Shown here one piece after another: positions 1 to 8,733 of a stretch of 64,000 nt of DNA. Made by a program: the position numbers and the translations under genes. Source of the stretch: an uncultured bacterium (GTDB lineage Bacteria > Acidobacteriota > DATKUA01); the NCBI GenBank assembly GCA_965602675.1, contig CBFCZO010000005.1, positions 2,524 through 66,523 of the forward strand, in the 5' to 3' direction. The stretch's first letter is position 1. Every line of letters begins with the position of its first letter. The notes under the pieces are model-generated. The model made no database searches. It had not been told where the DNA came from and saw only the letters and a list, made by a program, of their open reading frames with translations.

Positions 1-191
1 TTTTCACGTGCCTGTCCTCATTGCGGAGAAGCACGGACGGAGATGATAAACGGCACGGAGCTTGAAATAGTCGATTTCGAAGTTGAATAGACTCGCCCAT
101 GGTAGTGTTTTCCATCGTGCTGCCTGCGCGCCCAATGGAGCAGATTAAACCGCCGTTTACGTGATACAATCGGGCTACGAGGAACGGGGGA

Positions 192-2015
192 ATGACTTCC
201 TACAATGTCATTTATCGGGGTCCCTCTGTGGATGAGGACTCCGGAAAAGCCAGGCAGATAGCCGACCAGCTTGCTTTCCGCTCATCCTTTTCGATGGAGG
301 AAGCGCTCGAGCGGATGAAGCGAACCCCCTTTGTCATCGGCAGCGGGATGGATGCCGAGGCGGCTGTGCGCCACAGGCGTTTTCTGGAGTCGCTTGGGGC
401 TGATGCTGAGGTTTGCTCCGCTACAACCCGGCCGTGGACCTGGGAGGGTGGAGAGAAGCCTTTCAGCGCCAGCCCGGCTCAGCGGTGGTTTATCAAGGAT
501 GCCTGGCGCGGGATCCTGTCAATCCTGGCTGCGGGAATGCTGCTCAGCGTTCTAATTGCGGCTGCCGGTCTTGCCATCGCGCTGATGGCGCCATTGCTCA
601 TCGGCCCTGGCGCTCCCCCGGAGATTCTCAGCGCGGTGGGATGGTCGGCTGTAGCGCTCGGTTTTTTCGTCCTGATAACGGCAACCGTCTTTAGGCTTCC
701 GGCACTCGTGCGCCTGATGTCCCGGTCGCTTCAGAATTCTCCTGAGAGTACTTTCATCAGCTATCTCCGTGCCATCAACGACCGCAATTGGAGCAAAGCT
801 TTGCAGTGCCTGGCAGGCCGCGATGGATCGCGCAACCTGTCCGCCGGCTCCAGAGCCGATGCGACAGCCTATCTTCGTTCTCTCTCCAAAAAAGTGGTTC
901 TGCCTCGCCGGATCGATTCCTCGAGCATCACGTTGCTTCAGGAGGGTGCTGGCTACGCAGTAATCCGTTTCAAGGTTGAAGTGTTGTCGCGCAAGCCGGC
1001 TGCGGATGGATCCTATCAGCGAAGGTTTTTTTCCGACGCCAAGCGTTTCCGTCTAATCGATGGCGAGTGGTACCTCATCGACGGTTACCTGCTTGGGAAC
1101 AGCGATCCCTCACGCCTTCCGCTCCCCGCGTGCCCCGAGTGCGGCGAGGAATCGGAACTGGGAAGGTGGCAATGCGCGTCGTGCGGTACGATGTATCCCG
1201 CAACAACGCTTGTCGAGGAGGAGTGGCAGCTACCGCGGCGGCGCCCCGACCTTGCCGCAGTGCTCAGCGCCGTCGTCCCCGGTCTCGGCCAGGCATACAA
1301 CGGGCAGTCGCTTAAGGGCCTACTGATTGCAGCCACCTGCTGGACAATCCTGCCTTGGATCGGGGGCGTAATCGACGCGTTACGGACGGCGGAGCGCGTC
1401 AACCGCAAAGACAGCTTTCATGACCTGCCCCGCAGGACTTCCCTTCCGGTTCTGTTTCATCTTGCCGTAGTGATCGCTGCTGCCGCATTGCTGGCTGCGA
1501 ATCTCGACAAGCTGCCCGCTGTTGGCACACTCTTCTCGAGTCAGGGCTCAGGAGAGGATGCTCGAGGAGAACCCCTGTTCACCGCACCCGGCGACCGCTT
1601 CACGATTCTTTTTCCTCATGGCTGGTCGGTAGAGGAGGTTCCCAACCGCGAATACAGCTTCGCAGTGCAATCGATTTGCGGAGAGTCGAATGCCTCGGTG
1701 ATGATTACCGGGCGCGCCCTGCCCGACCGCTGGCAACCTTGCCCCCAGGCACGTGCTGCGCGCGCGAGACTGGAGGCTGAGGGTTCGGAGGTAGCCCACA
1801 TGGAATGCGGTTCGGCTGAAGGCCGCTTACGCTACCGCGTCGACTCCTATGGCCCCGATCGCAGCTGGCGCCGCAGCCTGGTTGCGATCGCGCTTGAGCA
1901 GGAGCTGGTCGTGATCACTTTCGCCTGCCCGGCAAGCCGCCAGGACGAGCTTGTCCCCGTGTTCGAGCAGATGATCGCCACTATGAAGTTTCAGCCCGCG
2001 GGGGGGGCGGATTAA
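192..2015 (+). CDS. Multidomain membrane protein (L7/L12-CTD-like N-terminus, TM helices, NTF2-like domain, Zn ribbon, TM2/DUF5683-like segment, C-terminal PsbP/DcrB-like domain)
   Basis: 607-aa ORF with G-rich RBS. Motifs: CPECG..CASCG zinc ribbon, AAVLSAVVPGLGQAYNGQ..KG, and FTILFPHGW...FEQMIATMKF (PsbP-like ends). Domain calls are by eye. Confidence 0.6.
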   Translation: MTSYNVIYRGPSVDEDSGKARQIADQLAFRSSFSMEEALERMKRTPFVIGSGMDAEAAVRHRRFLESLGADAEVCSATTRPWTWEGGEKPFSASPAQRWFIKDAWRGILSILAAGMLLSVLIAAAGLAIALMAPLLIGPGAPPEILSAVGWSAVALGFFVLITATVFRLPALVRLMSRSLQNSPESTFISYLRAINDRNWSKALQCLAGRDGSRNLSAGSRADATAYLRSLSKKVVLPRRIDSSSITLLQEGAGYAVIRFKVEVLSRKPAADGSYQRRFFSDAKRFRLIDGEWYLIDGYLLGNSDPSRLPLPACPECGEESELGRWQCASCGTMYPATTLVEEEWQLPRRRPDLAAVLSAVVPGLGQAYNGQSLKGLLIAATCWTILPWIGGVIDALRTAERVNRKDSFHDLPRRTSLPVLFHLAVVIAAAALLAANLDKLPAVGTLFSSQGSGEDARGEPLFTAPGDRFTILFPHGWSVEEVPNREYSFAVQSICGESNASVMITGRALPDRWQPCPQARAARARLEAEGSEVAHMECGSAEGRLRYRVDSYGPDRSWRRSLVAIALEQELVVITFACPASRQDELVPVFEQMIATMKFQPAGGAD

Positions 2016-2111
2016 CCCCGCCTGTGCTTTCACACCAGATTACAATCTGTTAGTCTTACCCGAATGCGCCGAGGGCGCGCACAGCGTTCTTTCAGTGGGG
2101 GGGAAGCAAGG

Positions 2112-3956
2112 ATGTTCAACATCTATTTTTACACAATCATCGCTTATATTATTGCGATAATTGCGATCAGTGTGTGGCGCAGCCGGGGGGTCAGGGGGCA
2201 GGAAGACTTCATGGTCGCCGGCCGCTCGGTCTCGGCCTGGCTGCTAGCCGGGACGTTGATCTGCACCTGGATCGGGGCGGGCTCGCTGCTGGGCGGAGGC
2301 GGACGAGTCTTTCGCGACGGCATAAGCCAGCTGTGGATGAGCGCTGGTGCCTGGCTGGGTATAATCATCATCTTTTTCCTCGCCGCGAGGGTTCGCCGCA
2401 TAGCCCAATACACGGTTCAGGACTTGCTGGAGAAACGCTACCACCCACTCGCTCGAGTATTAGGCGCGATTGTTGTCATCCTGGGTTCGACAACGATCTT
2501 TTCCTACCAGCTCAGAGGTGGGGCGTTCGTCCTCGAATACATGATGGGTATGCCGCAGGTGTGGGGGATCGTCTTCACAGCTTTCGTGATCATCGCGTTT
2601 ACATCGCTTGCCGGCTTGCGCAGCATCGTGGCTGTAGACATGCTCAACGGCATACTCATCATCCTTGCCATCTTCATCGGGCTGCCGCTGATTCTAATGA
2701 TTTTGGGCGGAGGCGACATCGGGAGCGGGCTTGACCACGCCGTAAATACGGCGCCCAAGACACATTACGAGGTATTTGGCTCGCAGGATCAGGTGGTGAC
2801 GGATGAAGTTGTGGCCGCCCGGGGTGGTTGGACACCGCAGTCGCGCGAGGCGATCGAGGCGGCAGAGGCCGAATCCGGCGAGCCAGATTCCAACTGGCTT
2901 CTCGGGCTGTTCTGGGCCTTGGGGGTTTTCTTCCCCACGTTTTTCCTGCTCCTGGGCGAGAGCAGCATCTACCAGAAGTTCTATAGTGCCAAGGACGAGG
3001 CCAACGCCAAGCGGGCGGTGGTTTACTTCCTCGTGGGAGTTGTCGTAATTGAGATTGCGCTGGCGGTTTTCGCGCTCTATAGCAGCGCCCATCCCGATGC
3101 TGACGCCTGGCGCGTCAGCTACGACAAATTCTGCTCGTCCGAGCTCGTTCTGATCGAGCAAGAAAAAGAAATTGCGGCCACCATCTCGGCGGGAGGCCTG
3201 ACCGCTGACGAAGCCGGAGTGATCGAAGGTACGCGCAAGTGGGTTGGCGAGCAGCGTGCGGCGAACTGGGACGAATTTGTCGCGGTCATTCAGCATGGTG
3301 ACAAAACGGCCCAGCCCGAGCCGGACCCAGACAACTCTAATTTCTACATTCAGGAGGCGACAGCCCTCTACCAGACGCGCACCGATTCGATCAACCTTTT
3401 CGCCGCCTTCCAGCTGCTTCCCCCCTGGGCGGGAGTGCTGCTGCTGATGGGCGGGATGGCGATCATCCTAAGCACCGGCAACAGCTTCCTGATGGTGGCA
3501 AGCACAGCCTTCGTGCGTGACATCTGGCAGCGGTTCCTCCGGCCGGGGGCTGGCCAGAAGGAGATCGTCTGGGTTCAACGCCTGACAATGGTTGCTCTGG
3601 CGGTTTTCGCAGTTTTACAGCTCACACTGCTTAGAGAAACGGTCTGGCAGATGGCTCTGGCCGCCTATACGCTCATCGGCGCGGGCCTGACGCCGGTGAT
3701 CCTGGCGGCCTTCCTGTGGAAGCGGGTGACCCCGGCCGGAGGTGTGAGCAGCGTTGCCGCGGGTCTCGTTACCTGGTCGGTCTTCGTCGCGATGAAGATC
3801 GGCGGCGTTATCGACATAGATTACGACTTCATCATCTATCCTGCCGCCGGTGCGAGCATTCTGGCCCTGATCGTTGTCAGCCTGCTTACCAAGCCCTCTC
3901 CACCGGAGGTTTACAGTTCGTTTATTGAAAACAAGAAGAAATTAACCGGAGAGTAG
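2112..3956 (+). CDS. Sodium:solute symporter (SSS/PutP-like)
   Basis: EDFMVAGRS, TWIGAGSLLG, AIILSTGNS and RDIW motifs with many TM helices. Start placed at MFNIYFY (ATG 2112). Confidence 0.9.
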   Translation: MFNIYFYTIIAYIIAIIAISVWRSRGVRGQEDFMVAGRSVSAWLLAGTLICTWIGAGSLLGGGGRVFRDGISQLWMSAGAWLGIIIIFFLAARVRRIAQYTVQDLLEKRYHPLARVLGAIVVILGSTTIFSYQLRGGAFVLEYMMGMPQVWGIVFTAFVIIAFTSLAGLRSIVAVDMLNGILIILAIFIGLPLILMILGGGDIGSGLDHAVNTAPKTHYEVFGSQDQVVTDEVVAARGGWTPQSREAIEAAEAESGEPDSNWLLGLFWALGVFFPTFFLLLGESSIYQKFYSAKDEANAKRAVVYFLVGVVVIEIALAVFALYSSAHPDADAWRVSYDKFCSSELVLIEQEKEIAATISAGGLTADEAGVIEGTRKWVGEQRAANWDEFVAVIQHGDKTAQPEPDPDNSNFYIQEATALYQTRTDSINLFAAFQLLPPWAGVLLLMGGMAIILSTGNSFLMVASTAFVRDIWQRFLRPGAGQKEIVWVQRLTMVALAVFAVLQLTLLRETVWQMALAAYTLIGAGLTPVILAAFLWKRVTPAGGVSSVAAGLVTWSVFVAMKIGGVIDIDYDFIIYPAAGASILALIVVSLLTKPSPPEVYSSFIENKKKLTGE

Positions 3957-3962
3957 CTATAA

Positions 3963-5579
3963 ATGATCGCGCCATCCGGTCCGGAGCTGATTGTCTCCCG
4001 CGGGAAGATTTATTCGGGCGCCGGTGATCCGGTCCGGCTCGGCGCCCTGGCAGTCGAGGCCGGTAAGATAATAGCTGTTGGCGATCCTGACGAGATAGAA
4101 TCACTGCGCGGCCCGGAGACCCGGTTCATCTTTCTCGAGGGCGCTGTAGTTATGCCTGGCTTCAGTGACAGCCACACGCATTTTTTTGAGGGTGCGCTCA
4201 GCCACGCAGTCGATCTCAGCGATGCCACCGCCAAGGAAGATTTCCGAGAGAGGGTAAAGGCGGCGCTCGAGGAACTGCCCGCGGGCGAGTGGCTGATCGG
4301 CGGCTATTGGAACGAGGAGCGCTGGGGAGGGGTTCTTCCCGATAAGAGCTGGGTTGACGATATCAGCCCCGCCAATCCTGTGCTTCTCCACCGGCAGGAT
4401 TTTCATACTGCGCTATGCAATTCCGCGGCACTCGCCGCCGGGAGGATCGATGGGTCCACGCCTAATCCCGAAGGCGGCAGGATTCTCAAGGACGATAACG
4501 GCTATCTAACCGGCATACTAATCGAGGCTGCGGTGAAACCAGTCAAGGAAGCTGTGCCGGAGCCATCGATCGCCGCCGTGCGCGCCGCCCTGCGCCGCTG
4601 GATGCGGCATGCAAACTCGCTCGGCATCACTCACATTTGCGATATGATCCGCGGTCCGGAGGAGTTCGGTGTTTACCTCGATCTCGAGCGGGAAGGCTTG
4701 CTCACCTGCCGCTTCGATCTCTACGCGCCTTTGAAGTTTTGGGAGCGTTTCGCACGAGCGGGCCTGCGCAGCGGCGTGGGCCTCGATCTGGTCCGCCTGG
4801 GAGGGATGAAAGCATTTGTGGACGGCTCGCTCGGCTCGCGCACTGCGCTGATGCTCGAACCTTACGACGACGACCCCGGTAACAATGGGATGCTCAGCGA
4901 CCTTGCAGATCCTCCCGGCGAGCTTGGGGCAATGATGCTCTGCGCCGACCGTGCCGGCTTCCAGCTGGCCGTCCACGCCATCGGCGATGCGGCCAACACG
5001 ATCCTTCTCGATCTGTTCGAGAAGGTCAGGGAGGGAAGCCCCTATCCCTACCTGCGGCACAGAGTGGAGCATGCGCAGCACCTCGATCCCGCGGATATCC
5101 AGCGCTTTTCCGCCCTGGAGCTTATCGCCTCCGTTCAGCCCCACCACCTCTTCGACGACGGGTGCTATGCAGAGCAGAGGATCGGCCGCGATCGCTGCCG
5201 CACCGCGTATCCCTTTCGCTCGTTGCTCGACAACGGCACGGCGCTCGCTTTCGGCTCCGACTGGCCCGTCGTGGCGATGGGGCCGCTAAATGCCATCTGG
5301 GCGGCGGTCACGCGGCGGACGAGGGACGACGCTAATCCGAACGGCTGGATTCCCGAGCAAAAGATAACGCTGGAGGAGGCGATTGAAGCCAGTTCCCGCG
5401 CTGCAGCGGTCGCGACGGCCAACGAGAACACTTGGGGGGCTTTGCAGCCGGGCATGGATGCTGATTTCGTCATTCTCGACAGGGATATCTTCAGAAGCAG
5501 CCCCGATGAGATCCGGGAGAGCCGCGTTGAATACACTTTCCTCAAAGGTCGACAAGTGCATCCGGAGACTGACAAATGA
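3963..5579 (+). CDS. Amidohydrolase family 3 (YtcJ-like)
   Basis: PGFSDSHTH, KAFVDGSLGSRTA, VHAIGD, HRVEHAQ and FGSDWPV motifs. Confidence 0.92.
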   Translation: MIAPSGPELIVSRGKIYSGAGDPVRLGALAVEAGKIIAVGDPDEIESLRGPETRFIFLEGAVVMPGFSDSHTHFFEGALSHAVDLSDATAKEDFRERVKAALEELPAGEWLIGGYWNEERWGGVLPDKSWVDDISPANPVLLHRQDFHTALCNSAALAAGRIDGSTPNPEGGRILKDDNGYLTGILIEAAVKPVKEAVPEPSIAAVRAALRRWMRHANSLGITHICDMIRGPEEFGVYLDLEREGLLTCRFDLYAPLKFWERFARAGLRSGVGLDLVRLGGMKAFVDGSLGSRTALMLEPYDDDPGNNGMLSDLADPPGELGAMMLCADRAGFQLAVHAIGDAANTILLDLFEKVREGSPYPYLRHRVEHAQHLDPADIQRFSALELIASVQPHHLFDDGCYAEQRIGRDRCRTAYPFRSLLDNGTALAFGSDWPVVAMGPLNAIWAAVTRRTRDDANPNGWIPEQKITLEEAIEASSRAAAVATANENTWGALQPGMDADFVILDRDIFRSSPDEIRESRVEYTFLKGRQVHPETDK

Positions 5580-6103
5580 ACCGTATTGTCTTCCTGGCCG
5601 GCGTGCTTATCCTTATCGTGTTGTTCAATTGGGTGCTGACGGTCTTTTTCATCGACCGCCTGCCCCCCACACTCCCCTTGAATTTTAGTGAGAAACCCTA
5701 CTCTATCAAAGCATCGAAAGACGTCTTCTACGCTTTTCCAGCCGCGGTGACTGTTATTGCATTGTTGTTTATCGGCTTGATCCCTTACAGGCAGCTGATA
5801 CCCTTTCCCGGTCGAAAGAAACTGACTTTCATACCCGAGGACTACCGAGGGCCGCTGATTGACCGCGTCTATCAGATATGGTTAGTGTCCGCCATCTTCG
5901 TTGCTCTCGTGATCAGTTACCTACAAGCTTCAATAGCGCTCTACTCCACCAATATGACAGAAGAAATGAGGATTTGGCCGGTCTATGCCGTGAGCCTCGT
6001 CTTTGTCGCATATGTGGCTTTCAACTTCGTGATGGTCTACCGTGTTATCAGGAATGTTGAGGATGAACTCAGGAATCGCATGACGCCCGAAAGCGAGCCG
6101 TAA
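5576..6103 (+). CDS. Small 4-TM membrane protein (DUF1648/SdpI-like)
   Basis: ATGA overlap with the upstream gene; LPPTLPLNF after TM1; four hydrophobic helices. Confidence 0.55.
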   Translation: MNRIVFLAGVLILIVLFNWVLTVFFIDRLPPTLPLNFSEKPYSIKASKDVFYAFPAAVTVIALLFIGLIPYRQLIPFPGRKKLTFIPEDYRGPLIDRVYQIWLVSAIFVALVISYLQASIALYSTNMTEEMRIWPVYAVSLVFVAYVAFNFVMVYRVIRNVEDELRNRMTPESEP

Positions 6104-6207
6104 TGCCGTTGTTGTGATTATCAAGCCTGAAGCTTGTAAATCTGTGCGAAAAAGTGGATAATATATATAGGCTAAAGGGTGTTTGTCCTAAGAAAATCAT
6201 ATTAAAA

Positions 6208-6226
6208 GATCATCTGGTGGATGATC
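6208..6226. promoter_or_regulatory. Inverted repeat GATCATC-N5-GATGATC upstream of the ECF sigma gene
   Basis: Perfect 7-bp inverted repeat about 35 nt before the ATG, in an AT-rich intergenic region. Confidence 0.35.
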
Positions 6227-6261
6227 CGTTGCAGTTTGACCAATAGCAGCAAGCGGGTGAG

Positions 6262-6885
6262 ATGTCGGTACAGTCGAAAAGAAAAGGATTAGGGTTGCCG
6301 GACCGTCTGGGAGTTAGGGAAATCGAGCTGGAACAGAAGCTCGGGGAAGACCTGCATCGGCAGTACGGGCGGCTGATCCACTACATCCTTAATATGTTCA
6401 GCCTTTCCGACGATTGCCACCAGGATTTGTTCAACCAGGTCTTCCTCAAAATCCTCAAGGGTCTTAAGAACCTCAAACACAGCGAGAACATCAAATCGTG
6501 GGTCACCACTATTACTCGGAACGAGATCCGCAGCTACCTCAGAAGGCGGGAGAGGGAGGTTTGTTTCCCCAAAGAAATGGACAATGGCCTGATCCTGTTT
6601 GAGTGTCACGACTGTGACGGAGTTATTTGCCGCACGCCGGAAGACGAGATTTATAATAAACAGTTGAAAACGGCATTCAATGAATGCGTAGGACGTTTGG
6701 ATCCGCATATCAGGGAAGTTTTTCTGCTGCGCTACCGTGAGTTCCTTAAATGGGAGGAGATTGCCGTCGTGCTCGAATTGAATATCGACAAGGCGCGCCG
6801 GCGAGCGGAGAAGGGAAAGCAGCTCGTAGTTCAGGGGATGCAGAAACGGCTGGGTTCCGGAAGCAGAATTCAGCAAAGGCGATAA
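6262..6885 (+). CDS. ECF-type RNA polymerase sigma-70 factor
   Basis: Region 2: QDLFNQVFLKI...KSWVTTITRNEIRSYLRR. Region 4: REVFLLRYREFLKWEEIAVVL. Length 207 aa. Confidence 0.88.
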   Translation: MSVQSKRKGLGLPDRLGVREIELEQKLGEDLHRQYGRLIHYILNMFSLSDDCHQDLFNQVFLKILKGLKNLKHSENIKSWVTTITRNEIRSYLRRREREVCFPKEMDNGLILFECHDCDGVICRTPEDEIYNKQLKTAFNECVGRLDPHIREVFLLRYREFLKWEEIAVVLELNIDKARRRAEKGKQLVVQGMQKRLGSGSRIQQRR

Positions 6886-7185
6886 CTCATTCCTACTGAA
6901 ATTTCTTTAATTTTAATGTACTATATTAGATAAGCTGTAGCGTTGGCTCTGTTCATTTCTATTCTGTATCCACTTTGTTGATCGATTTGTTCGCGTTCTC
7001 TTCAGTTAATTTGGTGTAAAGGTGATTCCATTGTTGCGGAAAGCAATATAAGTGTGCGGCAGTATAATGCTGAGGATGTTGAGCCGACTGCCGACAGGAG
7101 CTATGTTCTTATGGCGGGTTATAGGGATCGTTGATCCTCCGCTACGGAGTTTCGAGCGTGAGTCCACTCCAGAGGAGAAACTAAC

Positions 7186-8202
7186 ATGCTTGATTTGAGC
7201 ATAGAGATTCTTTACTGGTTCAACACGGTGCTACCCGGGATAATGGGGATCGCCGTGCTCCTTACCAGGCGATGGCGCCACCTGAGGTGGTTTCCTTTCT
7301 ACGCCTTAATCGTCTTCGCGATGAATGTTGTCTATCTCTCCTGGCTCTACAACATTCCTTTCTACTGGATCAAACATCTCTCCGGCGAGCTGCTCGCTCT
7401 GGGAGTTATCGTGGAAGTTCTGCGAAAAGAGGCGAACAAGCGGCCCATATGGCCGTGGTTGGCGCTGATTTCTCTCTCGACGGTATATTTCCTCCCCATC
7501 GACGGCAATCTGAAGTTCTATCTGCCTCAAGAGATCTTTGCCATCGGGCTTGCTTTGGAGCTTCCCACTGCGTTGCGGGTGAAGAGCGCTCCGCTGCTTG
7601 CCTGGGCATTGATAGGTTCTGCGACCCTGGTAAGCGACGTAATAAAGTACTTTAATCCCTGGGAGGTAGTCTTCCAGATTCTTCGAGTCCTCGACCCGAT
7701 GGTCTTCACAATCTTCGGGCTTATTCTGCTCGGTGGCATTTTCTGGCCTGAACTCTCTCGCATCGGCCGTTGGATCCGGGCTTTTCTAGCGAGCTTACGC
7801 CCGGGGCTGCGCCCTGCTCCGGCGACGGGACGCGCGATGGCAGCTAGATCAACCGTTGGGAACGCCGAAAACGTAATGAATTTTCCGCAGCAAGAATCCC
7901 CTTATGTCGATCGGGAGGAGTTGCAGAAAACCGACTCCGTTGGCAAGGATAAACAGCTGGAGTTGATATCAAAGAAGCTGGATACGCTAGGTGCAGCCGT
8001 TGAGGCCGCCGCTATGTTGTCGCTCAGCTTGAAGAAACCATTTCTCTCTCCGCAGGATTTGGCCCTTTATCTTGGAACGGATGTTGAAACGGCAAAGAAG
8101 TTTGTTGAAAAACATAACGTAACAAGGGTTGACCTGACCGACAATCCTGACGAATGGGTCGTATTTCGTGCCGATGTGGACAGCGCATTAGGCAATGAAT
8201 GA
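7186..8202 (+). CDS. Predicted 7-TM membrane protein fused to a C-terminal Xis/HTH_17-like DNA-binding domain (paralog A)
   Basis: RBS GAGGAG. Seven hydrophobic segments in aa 1-190, then a coiled segment and the C-terminus FLSPQDLALYLGTDVETAKKFV...WVVFRADVD. Paralog of 8734..9747. Confidence 0.75.
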   Translation: MLDLSIEILYWFNTVLPGIMGIAVLLTRRWRHLRWFPFYALIVFAMNVVYLSWLYNIPFYWIKHLSGELLALGVIVEVLRKEANKRPIWPWLALISLSTVYFLPIDGNLKFYLPQEIFAIGLALELPTALRVKSAPLLAWALIGSATLVSDVIKYFNPWEVVFQILRVLDPMVFTIFGLILLGGIFWPELSRIGRWIRAFLASLRPGLRPAPATGRAMAARSTVGNAENVMNFPQQESPYVDREELQKTDSVGKDKQLELISKKLDTLGAAVEAAAMLSLSLKKPFLSPQDLALYLGTDVETAKKFVEKHNVTRVDLTDNPDEWVVFRADVDSALGNE

Positions 8203-8308
8203 TGCCGGCAGTCTAACTTTTTATTGTTTTCAGCAGAAAATACGCGTTTGAGCTCACATTTCACGCCAATTTTCCTGTTATTTTCATCAGTACAGGAATG
8301 ATTTCCAC

Positions 8309-8337
8309 TTGAAAAAACGCCGAAATGGAATTATTAT
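8309..8337 (+). promoter_or_regulatory. Putative sigma-70 promoter for the small ORF and paralog B
   Basis: TTGAAA-17 nt-TATTAT. Further TATAAT hexamers at 8341, 8371 and 8397. Confidence 0.45.
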
Positions 8338-8370
8338 TTATATAATTGCCGATAGAGACTTGAATAAGAA

Positions 8371-8413
8371 TATAATCCTGCCCCCGCAGGTCTCGTTATA
8401 ATATTGCCCCCGC
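8371..8413 (+). repeat. Direct repeat TATAATnnTGCCCCCGC x2 (26-nt period), with a partial third copy TATAATTGCC at 8341
   Basis: TATAATCCTGCCCCCGC (8371-8387) versus TATAATATTGCCCCCGC (8397-8413), 15/17 identical. Confidence 0.75.
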
Positions 8414-8501
8414 TTGTCCTGAAGCGCCTCCTGAGGGGGGCCGCTATTGTCGCGGAGCCTGTGCTTCGCGGAGAGTGAACCGCTAACCAAGGAGTGGCTT
8501 T

Positions 8502-8717
8502 ATGGCATACACGCCTAAGCATAAACCCGGTGACGTGATCGAGCTGAAGGGCGAGATCAGGTCCGTCGTCAGCTTCCCGGATGAAGATGGAAATCTCCAA
8601 CCGATGTACATGATCGCTGCCGGTTGCAGCTGGTTCTGGGCCTGGGCAGACATTATCGACGGAGCCAAGCCGGGCGGGGATCCCACAGGACCGCCGCCTT
8701 GGCCGCCTGGAACATGA
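8502..8717 (+). CDS. 71-aa small protein with Pro-rich C-terminal tail (GGDPTGPPPWPPGT)
   Basis: Strong RBS AAGGAG 7 nt before the ATG, GC3-rich codons, and a stop 16 nt before the paralog B start. Confidence 0.75.
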   Translation: MAYTPKHKPGDVIELKGEIRSVVSFPDEDGNLQPMYMIAAGCSWFWAWADIIDGAKPGGDPTGPPPWPPGT

Positions 8718-8733
8718 GGATAGTGTAAATCAG

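Noticed and set aside
1-115. Possible start of a minus-strand gene at the window edge (ATG 115/100 or GTG 7)
   Set aside because: There is too little sequence to choose a frame or product.
8030-8202. Excisionase-like domains as evidence of a prophage or ICE
   Set aside because: The domains are fused to membrane proteins, and I saw no integrase, att repeats or phage genes.
8502-8717. Lasso peptide or other RiPP precursor
   Set aside because: No cyclase, RRE, radical SAM enzyme or peptidase-containing transporter is nearby, and there is no convincing lasso leader/core pattern.
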